DNA from: Gemmatimonas sp.
GTDB taxonomy: Bacteria > Gemmatimonadota > Gemmatimonadetes > Gemmatimonadales > Gemmatimonadaceae
Length of the DNA stretch: 64,000 nt
Direction: 5' to 3'
Assembly: GCA_031414535.1 (NCBI GenBank)
Contig: JANNVQ010000034.1
Span: 30,594 to 94,593, forward strand
A model generated the notes under the pieces. The model was not told the DNA's origin and made no database searches. It saw only the letters and a program-made list of their open reading frames with translations. Positions 39,081 through 48,300 of this stretch are shown one piece after another. The translations under genes were made by a program, and so were the position numbers. Position 1 is the first letter of the stretch. The number at the start of each line of letters is the position of its first letter.

Positions 39081-40283
39081 TCACTTAATCACTCCCGTCT
39101 TCAATCCCACCTTCCGAATTGCGGAAACCGCGAACTCCAGATCCGCCCGACTATGGCTCGCCGAAATCTGGCAACGCAACCGCGCCGTCCCCTGCGGGAC
39201 TACGGGGAATCCAAATCCGGTCACGAACACTCCCTCGTCGAGCAGCAACTCGCTCATGCGAATCGCATCCGCCGTCTCGCCGATGATGATTGGCACAATT
39301 GGCGTGTCGCCATCCAAAGGCGAGAACCCGGCTTCCTTGATGGCGGCACGGAAGAACGCCGTGTTATCGCGCAGCATTTGGACGCGCTCGGGATGCTGCT
39401 CGATGAACTCGATGCTGGCTAGGGCGCTCGCCGCCACCGTCGGCGGCAAGGCATTGGAGAACAACTGCGGACGCGAACGCTGCGTGAGCGTGTCACAGAG
39501 CGCCGCTGGGCCAGCCACGAATCCGCCCGCCGCTCCACCCAGCGCTTTGCCGAGCGTGGACGTGATCACGTCTACCTCGCCGAGCACACCAAAGTGCTCG
39601 GCGGTGCCACGCCCAGTCTTGCCGAGCACGCCGGTGGCGTGCGAATCGTCCATGATGAGAATCGCGTCGTGATCCTTCGCGATCTGCAGCAACTGTGGCA
39701 ACTTGGCCACGCTGCCTTCCATAGAGAATACGCCATCCGTCCAAATGAGCCGACGCCTCGCGGACTTGTTGGCCGCAAGCTTCTCGACCAGATCGTCAAG
39801 ATCGCCGTGCTTGTACACGGCCGTCGTGCACTTCGTGATGGCCTTTGCGAGGCGGATGGAGTCGATGATGGACGCGTGGTTGAGCGCGTCAGAAATGACG
39901 AAGTCGCCCTCTTCCGCCACGATGGCCGTAAGCCCCTCGTTCGCGTTCCATGCGGAAACGAAGCTCATTGACGCTTCCGTGCCAGCAAAGCGTGCGATGG
40001 CTGTCTCGAGCTCGCGGTGCACCGTGAACGTACCGCAGATGAAGCGCACCGAGCCCGTGCCCGCACCAAACTTGTGCAGCGCGTCCACACCCGCCTGCAC
40101 CACACTTGGCTCGTCGCAGAGGCCCAGATAGTTGTTGGACGAGAGAATCAAGACCTCGCCACGGCCTTCCATCTGCACCCGCGCAGACTGCGGGGACGCG
40201 AGGTGATTGAGCTTCTTGTAGGTGCCGGCGGACTTGAAGGAGTCCAGTCCCGCCTGAAGGCTTTCAGTGAATCGCTGGTTCAT
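39081..40283 (-). CDS. kbl: Glycine C-acetyltransferase (2-amino-3-ketobutyrate CoA ligase)
   Basis: SSNNYLGL, SVRFICGT, SDALNHASIID, DGVFSM, DDSHA, TLGKALGG; adjacent to tdh; start ATG 40283. Confidence 0.95.
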   Translation of the reverse strand: MNQRFTESLQAGLDSFKSAGTYKKLNHLASPQSARVQMEGRGEVLILSSNNYLGLCDEPSVVQAGVDALHKFGAGTGSVRFICGTFTVHRELETAIARFAGTEASMSFVSAWNANEGLTAIVAEEGDFVISDALNHASIIDSIRLAKAITKCTTAVYKHGDLDDLVEKLAANKSARRRLIWTDGVFSMEGSVAKLPQLLQIAKDHDAILIMDDSHATGVLGKTGRGTAEHFGVLGEVDVITSTLGKALGGAAGGFVAGPAALCDTLTQRSRPQLFSNALPPTVAASALASIEFIEQHPERVQMLRDNTAFFRAAIKEAGFSPLDGDTPIVPIIIGETADAIRMSELLLDEGVFVTGFGFPVVPQGTARLRCQISASHSRADLEFAVSAIRKVGLKTGVIK

Positions 40284-40294
40284 AGTTAGAAAAT

Positions 40295-40363
40295 GGACGG
40301 ATGACGGATGACGGAAGCTAACGGCAACTGCCGCAGTGAGCATCCGTCATCCGTCTTCCGTCC
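40295..40363. repeat. (GACGGAT)n inverted pair with a 21-nt spacer
   Basis: GGACGGATGACGGATGACGGAAGC (40295-40318) and GCATCCGTCATCCGTCTTCCGTCC (40340-40363). Confidence 0.9.
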
Positions 40364-40365
40364 AG

Positions 40366-41394
40366 TTAGGAAATCTCGAACACCACTTTCCCGGCTTCTC
40401 CGCTCTTAATCGCCGCAATCGCTTCCGCATGCTGTTCCAGCTTGAATCGGTGCGTAATCACCGGCGTCGGGTCAAACTGCCCCGCGCGGAGGAACTGCGT
40501 CATCTGAATCCAGGTGTCGTACATGCGGCGGCCGACCACACCGTAAATGGTGATGCCTTTGAAGATCACTTCCGTCGCGAAGTCCACGTCCATCGGCTTC
40601 GCGGGAATGCCAAGCATCTGCACGCGGCCACCCACGCGCACCAACTTGAAAGCCTGGTGGATGGCGGCAGGCACGCCGCTCATCTCCAGCACCACGTCCA
40701 CGCCGAGTCCCTGCGTGGCCTTCTTGACGGCGGCCTCCGCATCCTGCGGCTGCACGGCGCTGTGCGCGCCCATCTGGGTGGCGAGGGCGAGCCGCTTGGG
40801 GTTCACGTCACTCGCCACGATATGCGAAGCACCCGCGGCCTTCGCGATGCCCACTGCGAAAATGCCAATCGGGCCGCAGCCAGTCACCAGCACCGTCTTA
40901 CCGGAGAGTTCCGTACCGTGCAGCGCCGTATGGAAGGCGTTGCCCATCGGATCGTGGATGCCCCCGATCTCAAACGGGATGTTGGCATCGAGCTGCCACA
41001 CGTTGGTGGCCGGCATCGCGATGTAGTCAGCGAATGCACCGTCGCGGTCCACGCCAATGATTTTGGTGTTGGGGCAGACGTGTGCGTTACCGGTGCGGCA
41101 GAGATGGCACATTCCGCAGACGATATGTCCCTCAGCGGTCACTCGATCACCGACCTTCACGTCGGTGACGAGCGCGCCCACTTTCTCGACCTCTCCCGCG
41201 AACTCATGGCCCACGGTGAACGGCGGCTTGCAGCGTCCCTGCGCCCAGGCATCCCACTCGTGAATGTGGACGTCGGTACCACAGACGCCGGCGCGACGCA
41301 CGCGAATCAATACTTCATCGTCGCGGATGCCGGGGACGGGAACTTCCTTGAGCGTAAACCCCTGGGTCGGGGAGACTTTGACGAGAGCGCGCAC
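40366..41394 (-). CDS. tdh: L-threonine 3-dehydrogenase
   Basis: CGTDVHI..WD.WA, GHEF, AEGHIVCG.C..CR.G..H.C, GCGPIG, EMSG, GR.MYDTW. Confidence 0.96.
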   Translation of the reverse strand: MRALVKVSPTQGFTLKEVPVPGIRDDEVLIRVRRAGVCGTDVHIHEWDAWAQGRCKPPFTVGHEFAGEVEKVGALVTDVKVGDRVTAEGHIVCGMCHLCRTGNAHVCPNTKIIGVDRDGAFADYIAMPATNVWQLDANIPFEIGGIHDPMGNAFHTALHGTELSGKTVLVTGCGPIGIFAVGIAKAAGASHIVASDVNPKRLALATQMGAHSAVQPQDAEAAVKKATQGLGVDVVLEMSGVPAAIHQAFKLVRVGGRVQMLGIPAKPMDVDFATEVIFKGITIYGVVGRRMYDTWIQMTQFLRAGQFDPTPVITHRFKLEQHAEAIAAIKSGEAGKVVFEIS

Positions 41395-41507
41395 GGGGCG
41401 GGTTGTCTGGGTCGATACTGGGAGGGAAACACCGATAGATTGCTAGCAGAGAAACGTCGCCGCGACGCCCCCTGGATGAAAGGGGTGATTCTCACCTGAG
41501 CAGTCGA

Positions 41508-43535
41508 ATGACGTCAACTTTTGCCATTCCTCGTAGTAGTTCCCACGATGGCATTTCGCCGTTTCAGAGCGCGATGCTGGTGCTGCTTGTCGGCGTCGTG
41601 ACCTACCTAGCGGGCCCAGTCCTGCGGCATATGCCGTACGCGGTCATCCCGTGGCCCGCGCACGGACTCACGCTCGCTGTACTGTTGGCTGCGCCGACTC
41701 GCCATCGCGTGCGCCTCGCTGCCGCCCTGTTGGTTGTTGTGTCCATGGCCGCCGCGCTGCAGAGCGGTAATTGGCCGCGCTCCTTGGCCGCCGCCTGTCA
41801 GTTGCTCGGGCAGAGCATCGTCATCACCGAGATGCACAGATGGCTGACTCGCGGACGGCATCCACTTCGCGGCACCATCGCCTACGCATGGCTTGGGGTG
41901 GCCACCGTTTTTGGCTCCATCCCCACGCTGTTGATCGCGGCTGCCGCCGTGGCCATCATCGGACCCCAAATTGCGCCGGGGTTCACGGTGCTCGCGTGGT
42001 GGATAGCGGCTGTTTCCTCCATCTTCGCCATCACACCCATTGTCCTGGCACCCTCGGCTCCGTTTCATCCGGACGCGCGCGTGTCGCCACCGGTAGCATG
42101 GGAGTTTCCGGCCGTCGCCGTTTTGTATGGGGTGGCGCTCATATGGGCTTTCTTCACCGACGGACGTATCCCCGCGCTTCCCCCCGCCGTGGCTACCGTT
42201 CCCTTCCTAGTCTGGGCTGGTCTCCGCTTCGGCGTGCGTGGGTATGCGGTGTTCGCCGCGATGTTCGTGGTGGCTGTCGTTGCGTCCTCCGTCGCGGAGA
42301 TTGGACCCTTCGGCGCGTTCAGTCCCGATCCGATCGAGCGTGGGCGGCGCGCGTGGACCTATTTGGCATCGCTCGCGGGTCCGACGATGATTTTCCCCAT
42401 TGCTCTCGCGGAGCGCGCCGCGGCAGAGGCACGGGCTCGCGGGGCCTTCGCGCAGCTGTCGGCCATCATTAAGAGTTCTGGAGAGCTTATCGCAGCCGTG
42501 GATCGAGATCTCATCGTTATCGCGGTGAATCCGAGCTGGGTTGAGGAGTTCCGGCGCATCTCTGGCGTCACGGTGACGCCAGGGATGCAAATGGTAGACG
42601 CCGTTTCGGCCCTGCCACTCGACGCTGACGGCACGATTTCTCACTGGCGACAGAGCTTGCGCGGCGATCACTTCATGGTCACTCGCGAAATTGGCGACCC
42701 CTCTCGTGCGCGCGACGAGTATGAGATCACGTACTCGCCAGTGCGCGACGAGCGCGGCGACGTGGTGGGCGCCAGCCAAGTTGTCCGAAACGTCTCCAAT
42801 CGCCGTCGTGTGGAGGCGGCGGCGGCCGATGCGCGCCGGCTCGAGGCCCTCGGACGACTCGCCGGTGGTGTCGCGCATGACTTCAATAACCTGATGACCG
42901 CCGTTGTTGGCTACACCGGCATCATCGCGCACTCACTTCCCGAGTCCGATCCCCGCCAAGCCGATCTCGCCGAGATTGAGAAGGCCGCGATCCGCGCCGG
43001 TGAGCTCACGCAGCAACTCCTTGCCTTCGCGCGGCGCCGAGTGATTGAGCCAAAGCTCGTGGACATCTCGGGGCTCGTGCAGGGCTTCATGCGTATGATT
43101 GGGCCGCTGTTTGGCTCAGCCGTGCGGCTCAAGATCAGCACCGCCAACGACCTTCCGCAGGTCAGCCTTGATCCCGTGCAATTCGAGCAGGTCCTGATGA
43201 ACCTTGCCGTCAACGCTCGGGACGCGATGCCGAATGGTGGAGATCTGACCATCGAGGTCAAGCCAACCCCGTTCCGCGAGAGCACGGGGGTTCGACTCTC
43301 GGTGCGCGACACCGGCGTCGGAATGAGTGGTGAAGTTCTCGCACGGATCTGGGAGCCGTTTTACACCACCAAGGAGCTCGGACGGGGCACAGGACTCGGA
43401 CTAGCCACAGTGCACGGCCTCGTGCACCAAGCGGGCGGCGAGATTACGGTGGAATCCACCGTCGGTGTGGGAACCGTGTTCCACGTGCTGCTGCCAAGTG
43501 CCGCCCCGTCCGGTTCCGATTCCGCGGCGCAGTGA
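41508..43535 (+). CDS. MASE1-like membrane PAS sensor histidine kinase
   Basis: Multi-TM N-terminus (IPWPAHG, WAGLRFG), PAS, AGGVAHDFNNL, NARDAM, PFYTTK..G.GTGLGL; no receiver domain; start uncertain. Confidence 0.88.
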   Translation: MTSTFAIPRSSSHDGISPFQSAMLVLLVGVVTYLAGPVLRHMPYAVIPWPAHGLTLAVLLAAPTRHRVRLAAALLVVVSMAAALQSGNWPRSLAAACQLLGQSIVITEMHRWLTRGRHPLRGTIAYAWLGVATVFGSIPTLLIAAAAVAIIGPQIAPGFTVLAWWIAAVSSIFAITPIVLAPSAPFHPDARVSPPVAWEFPAVAVLYGVALIWAFFTDGRIPALPPAVATVPFLVWAGLRFGVRGYAVFAAMFVVAVVASSVAEIGPFGAFSPDPIERGRRAWTYLASLAGPTMIFPIALAERAAAEARARGAFAQLSAIIKSSGELIAAVDRDLIVIAVNPSWVEEFRRISGVTVTPGMQMVDAVSALPLDADGTISHWRQSLRGDHFMVTREIGDPSRARDEYEITYSPVRDERGDVVGASQVVRNVSNRRRVEAAAADARRLEALGRLAGGVAHDFNNLMTAVVGYTGIIAHSLPESDPRQADLAEIEKAAIRAGELTQQLLAFARRRVIEPKLVDISGLVQGFMRMIGPLFGSAVRLKISTANDLPQVSLDPVQFEQVLMNLAVNARDAMPNGGDLTIEVKPTPFRESTGVRLSVRDTGVGMSGEVLARIWEPFYTTKELGRGTGLGLATVHGLVHQAGGEITVESTVGVGTVFHVLLPSAAPSGSDSAAQ

Positions 43536-43618
43536 CCCTGGTCACAGCCGTGACGAAACCTATTGCTCCCTTCGCTTGACATTGATTGAGCAAAGCGCGG
43601 GATTCTATGGTAACACTT

Positions 43619-44302
43619 ATGCCACGCTCTCTGCTTCGCTCGCTAGTATCGCTCGCCGTATGGGCCATCGCCGGCTGCGGTGATGTCCTGACTGGGGCAT
43701 CCATACGCGCCAACGTGGTGGTGCTGCTCCAGCAAGAGGCCAATTCGCCTACGGTTGTGCTAGAGGGTGAGCGAGTGGACGTGACCATCACTGGCCCCGG
43801 GATTGATCCCCCAATCTCTGGCTCCTTCCGCTTCGTGAACGACACCGCGCGCGCGGAGTTGCAGGTGCCGGTTGGTAAGGACCGTCGCGTTCTTGTGGCC
43901 GTGTTCGATAGTACCAATACCCTAATCGCCTCCGGGGAATCGACGGTGGAGATTGGCTCCGGCGTGACGGTGAGCGTGCCTGTGGTGATTGCCCCGACGT
44001 CGGGGAGTCAACCAATTATCGTGCGCGTCGGAAGTACCGTACTGTCCGTTACTCCCGGATCGCTCACACTCGCTCCAGGCGCCACTGCGACTTTCACGGT
44101 CTCGGTTGTAGACCAAGACGCTGTGCCGATCGCCGGTGCCGTCCCTGCTTTTGCCTCGTCGAACCCGGCAATCGCCACCGTGTCTGCCACGGGTGTCGTG
44201 ACTGCCCGCCTGCAAGGAGTCACCGCCGTGACAGTTACCGCCCTTGGAGTGGCCGCTCGGATTCCCGTGAGCGTGTCTGCCCCGACCCTTCGGAGTCCAT
44301 GA
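43619..44302 (+). CDS. Lipoprotein with a beta-sandwich domain and an Ig-like (Big_2-type) domain
   Basis: Start ATG 43619; lipobox IAGC; FASSNPAIATVS.TGVVTA...G. Confidence 0.8.
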   Translation: MPRSLLRSLVSLAVWAIAGCGDVLTGASIRANVVVLLQQEANSPTVVLEGERVDVTITGPGIDPPISGSFRFVNDTARAELQVPVGKDRRVLVAVFDSTNTLIASGESTVEIGSGVTVSVPVVIAPTSGSQPIIVRVGSTVLSVTPGSLTLAPGATATFTVSVVDQDAVPIAGAVPAFASSNPAIATVSATGVVTARLQGVTAVTVTALGVAARIPVSVSAPTLRSP

Positions 44303-45312
44303 TGTCGTTCCAATACTCCCCATGTCGCCGACTGTTAGCGGTGGCGGCGATTGCCGTCGCCGCTCTTGCGTCCTGTACCGATCTGCAGGGGCCGCCAGTG
44401 AACTCCCCACCGGTGTCCTTGCCCTTTGTGGCCGGATTCGACTTGCACGCCAGCGTTGCGCAGGTGGTGGTGACCGTGAGCGGCGAGCGCATCAATCCGG
44501 CCCTGGTGTTCAACTTTCCCGTGGTGAATGACACAGCCCGCGGCACGATGGTGTTGCCGGTGGGCACCAACCGATTGGTGGTGGCGCAGGCCTTTGATTC
44601 CGCGGGCGTCGAGATTCTGCGAGGGCAGCGGACGATGAACGTCGTTGCCGGGGCGAATGCGGCGGTGGCACTGGTACTTTCTCCGCTCATCGGCTCGGTG
44701 CCGGTGACCGCAGTGATTGGCAACGTGACCCTCACACTGACGTCGGCCGCGGCGAGTCTGCGCGCCGGTGCGACGGTGGCGCTGACGGCTGTGGTGCGTG
44801 ACGCGACGGGTGCGGTGGTGAGTGTACCGGTGCGGTTTGCGGTGTCGCGCCCTCCGGCGGCGCGCGTGCGGACCGATGGCGTGCTGACTGCGCTCGACAC
44901 CGGCGCGGTCACAGTCACGGCCACTTCCTTCGGGCGCTCGGCGTCCACCTCACTGACCATCACGGTCGGTACGGTTGTTGATGGAGTGGCCCTTCTGCCT
45001 GATTCTCTCATTGGCAGCGGGACCACCCAAGCAGTGATCAGCCTACGCGACAATGTGGGTGTGGACAGTGTGCGCGTGCGCACGGTCTCGCCCAGCGGTG
45101 CGGCGGGCCCAAGCTGCGCAGCCCTCGTTCCCCTACGCGGCTCGCGCACGCTCGGTGAGTTCGCCTGCATGCTCGTGCTGCCCGGCGGCTCTGCGACGGG
45201 TCGCTGGCCGGTCTCCAGCGTTGAGGTTCACGCTGGGACGAACGTCGCCCTCTTGGATTCGACTGCCCTTCGTCATCGCGGCGCCGCCGCTGTATTGAGG
45301 ATTGTCCCGTGA
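44299..45312 (+). CDS. Lipoprotein paralogous to its neighbours, with an extra C-terminal beta domain
   Basis: Lipobox LASC; FNFPVVNDTARG..LPVG.NRLVVAQAFD; Big_2-like segment; starts and stops overlap both neighbours. Confidence 0.8.
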   Translation: MMSFQYSPCRRLLAVAAIAVAALASCTDLQGPPVNSPPVSLPFVAGFDLHASVAQVVVTVSGERINPALVFNFPVVNDTARGTMVLPVGTNRLVVAQAFDSAGVEILRGQRTMNVVAGANAAVALVLSPLIGSVPVTAVIGNVTLTLTSAAASLRAGATVALTAVVRDATGAVVSVPVRFAVSRPPAARVRTDGVLTALDTGAVTVTATSFGRSASTSLTITVGTVVDGVALLPDSLIGSGTTQAVISLRDNVGVDSVRVRTVSPSGAAGPSCAALVPLRGSRTLGEFACMLVLPGGSATGRWPVSSVEVHAGTNVALLDSTALRHRGAAAVLRIVP

Positions 45313-48300
45313 AGCCTGCAATCGCTCGCCGCCTTCTCTCGGCCCTGTTCGTCGTCACAGCCTTTGCTGTGGGTTGTCGCGACGGAATGCCCACCGGTCC
45401 CAATCCCATTCCCCCCGGAAGCGGACGTCTCTCGGTCGTCGCGCAGTTCGAGTTGAACACGGCGACGAACCTCGTCATCGAGGTCTCGGCGCCGGATATT
45501 CCTCAGCCACTCGTATTCAACCTTGATATCGTGAACGGAACGGCGAGTGGCTCGGTCACCATTCCGGCTGGCGCTAACCGACTCATCGTCGTGCGCGCCT
45601 TTGACGGCAGAACCGAGACGCATCGTGGCAGCCGCACGGTCACCATCGTCGAGGGTGTGAACGCGCCGCTGTCGATGCAACTGCTGCCGCTCGCCGGCAC
45701 CGTGCCGGTGACGGTGTCGTTTGGCGTGGCCGTGGTCTCTGTGACACCACTCACCTGGTCGCTTCCGGTGGACTCGACGGTCGCCTTCGCGGCCACGGTC
45801 ATGGACGCCACCGGGGCCATGCAAGCGACGCCGATCGTTCGCTGGGCTTCAACCGATACGCGAAAGCTGACGATTGACTCCACCGGGCGCGCCACCGCGC
45901 GCGACACGGGTACGGTGATGGTCGTGGCGGTCTCGGGCGGTGCAGCCGGCCGCGGCACGGTCACAGTTACGCCGGGACTTGGTGGTGGTATAGTGCCGCC
46001 GAGTTTCCAGCGCACGTGGGTGGGCGGCAATGGCAGCGGCGGCAGCCAGACGAGTTGGATCAATCCCAACAACTGGACGCCGGCGGCCGTGCCGACGGCG
46101 AACGACAGCGTAGTAATCGGGGCGGCGGCCTTCCAGCCAGTTCTGCCGTACAACGTGGACACCTTGCGGGTGCGGGATCTTACGCTGTTAACGGGTGCGA
46201 ACCTTGGTCTTTACTATAGTGTGCTGTCGGTCGTGGGTGGCAACCTGTCTGGCTCCGGCGGTGGAACGAACCCTGCCCTCCCGGGGACCATACGCCTAGT
46301 TGGAAACGCCCGGCTACGCGGTGCCGTCAACGCGCCGGTGCAGGTCCAAGGCGGTGGGACCGTCACCCTCGCCGACTCGGCGCGCGTCTTGTCAGTCGCA
46401 ATCAGCGGGACGAGCACCGTGCTTGACCTCGCGGGCCGCAAGCTGGTGATTACCGGTACCGGCACCACGCTGCACGTCTTCGCCGATGGTCTGCTGCGGA
46501 TGAACAATCCGGCAGACACGCTCGACGTCGCGGGAAATGTCTACATACAGGCATCGGCCGCAGCGCACGCCGGAAATCTTACGGCCGGTACGTTCATCGT
46601 CCGCGGCACCATCCAGGATGGTAATCGCTACGAAGCCAGCGGGACGCACCAAACAGTATTCGCTGGCGATGCTGGAACGATTGCCACGCAGGCGGTCAAT
46701 GGCTTCGACGCAAACGCGCGGCCAGCCAATGCGCTGCAGAACGTCGTGGTCTCTGGGACCTCGGTGTGGTCGCACTGTAGTCCCCGCTTACGGGTGCGCG
46801 GGTCATTCGCGGTAACCACTGCCACGACGATTACGGCCTGCACCGCATACACGATGAACGTGGACGGCCCGCTCACGATGCCGGCTGGGTCAACACTCAG
46901 CGCGTACGGCGTGGTGCTGGGTGACGTGTCCGGCACAGCCGGCGTGAACGGGGCCGTGGCGTCGGACTTCCTCACCTTCTCGGCGCTGAATCCGCAGGTG
47001 CGGGCGGGGCTGGCGTATCGCGGACTCACCTTCCAGCGGTCGGTGAGCATCGCCGACAGCATTCGGACGACGGGGCTCGTCACCATTGATGGATCGGGCT
47101 CGGTGCTGGACGTCGCGACGCCGGCTGGGCGGGCCGCGACTTTCGGGGCCTTCACGCTGAGCAATGGTGCGGCGTTCGCGATGACCCAAGCGAGCGACTC
47201 GTTGGTGGTGGGCGGGGCGTTGACTGCCAACTCCTCGGCCGACCTCTCGCCGACGCTTACCGCCGGTACGCTGCGGGTGGCCGGCACCATTTCGGGCAGC
47301 GACTTCGGTAGCACTGGCACGCACCTCACGGTACTTGATGGCGCCAGCGCTACAACGTTTCAGGACATCAACAGCTTTGACTCGAACTCGCGGCCCACGA
47401 ATGTGTTCCGAAACCTGACGATTGCCAACACGGGAATCGGAGTGCGTAGCTGCTCCCCCAACTTCCGCATCAGAGGGGCGTTTCGCGTCACAGGCGCGAG
47501 TAACTACTCGACCTGCACATCGTATTTCACGCGTGTTGACTCGCTCTTGGCCACGGATGCCGGCACCAGTGTGACTGCCTACGGCTTCACGCTCGCGAAC
47601 GCCAATGGCACGCAGGACGTGTTGGGCACCTGGACGCCAGAATTCACCGATTTCGTTGTGCCCAACCAGACAGTGCGTGCCGCGCTCGCATATCGAAACA
47701 TCCGGTTCTTCGCGAGCAACACGCTACCGCCGGGACTCGCAGCGACGAACTCGCTGTTGGTGGATGGCGCGACCGCAGTGCTCACACTCTCCGACGGCCG
47801 TGCGACCACGGCGGCTTTCACGACGCAGACCGGCGCTCGCTTCTTTATGAATGCGGGAGACACTTTGCGCGTGACGGGTGCGGTGAACCTCAACGGCGCC
47901 TTGTCGGCGCCTTCGGGCGGTGTGCTCGAGATTGAGGCCGCGTTCAACGGCACGGGCTACGCGCCAATCGGTACGCACGAGTTACGCCTTCGTGGCCCCG
48001 GGGTGCACAACTTGAACGGTATCAACGATCGACCGCTGCCTATTCTGCGCGTCGTCTCAGGCTCTGCATTTCTCAACTTTATCAACGTCGTGGTACAGGA
48101 CTCGCTGCTTCTGTCCGCGGGGACTGGTCTCTCCAGTCCCTCAGGGTACTTCTTGACCGTGCGCGGACGGCTCCAGACCGCCGTCGGGAGCACGATGACG
48201 CCGCACGGCGTCGCGCTCGAGGGAACGGCGACGACGCAGTTGGTGGATGGAGGCTTCGCTCCGACTATCGTTCGCGTTGTGGGTCCTGGGACGGGACCGG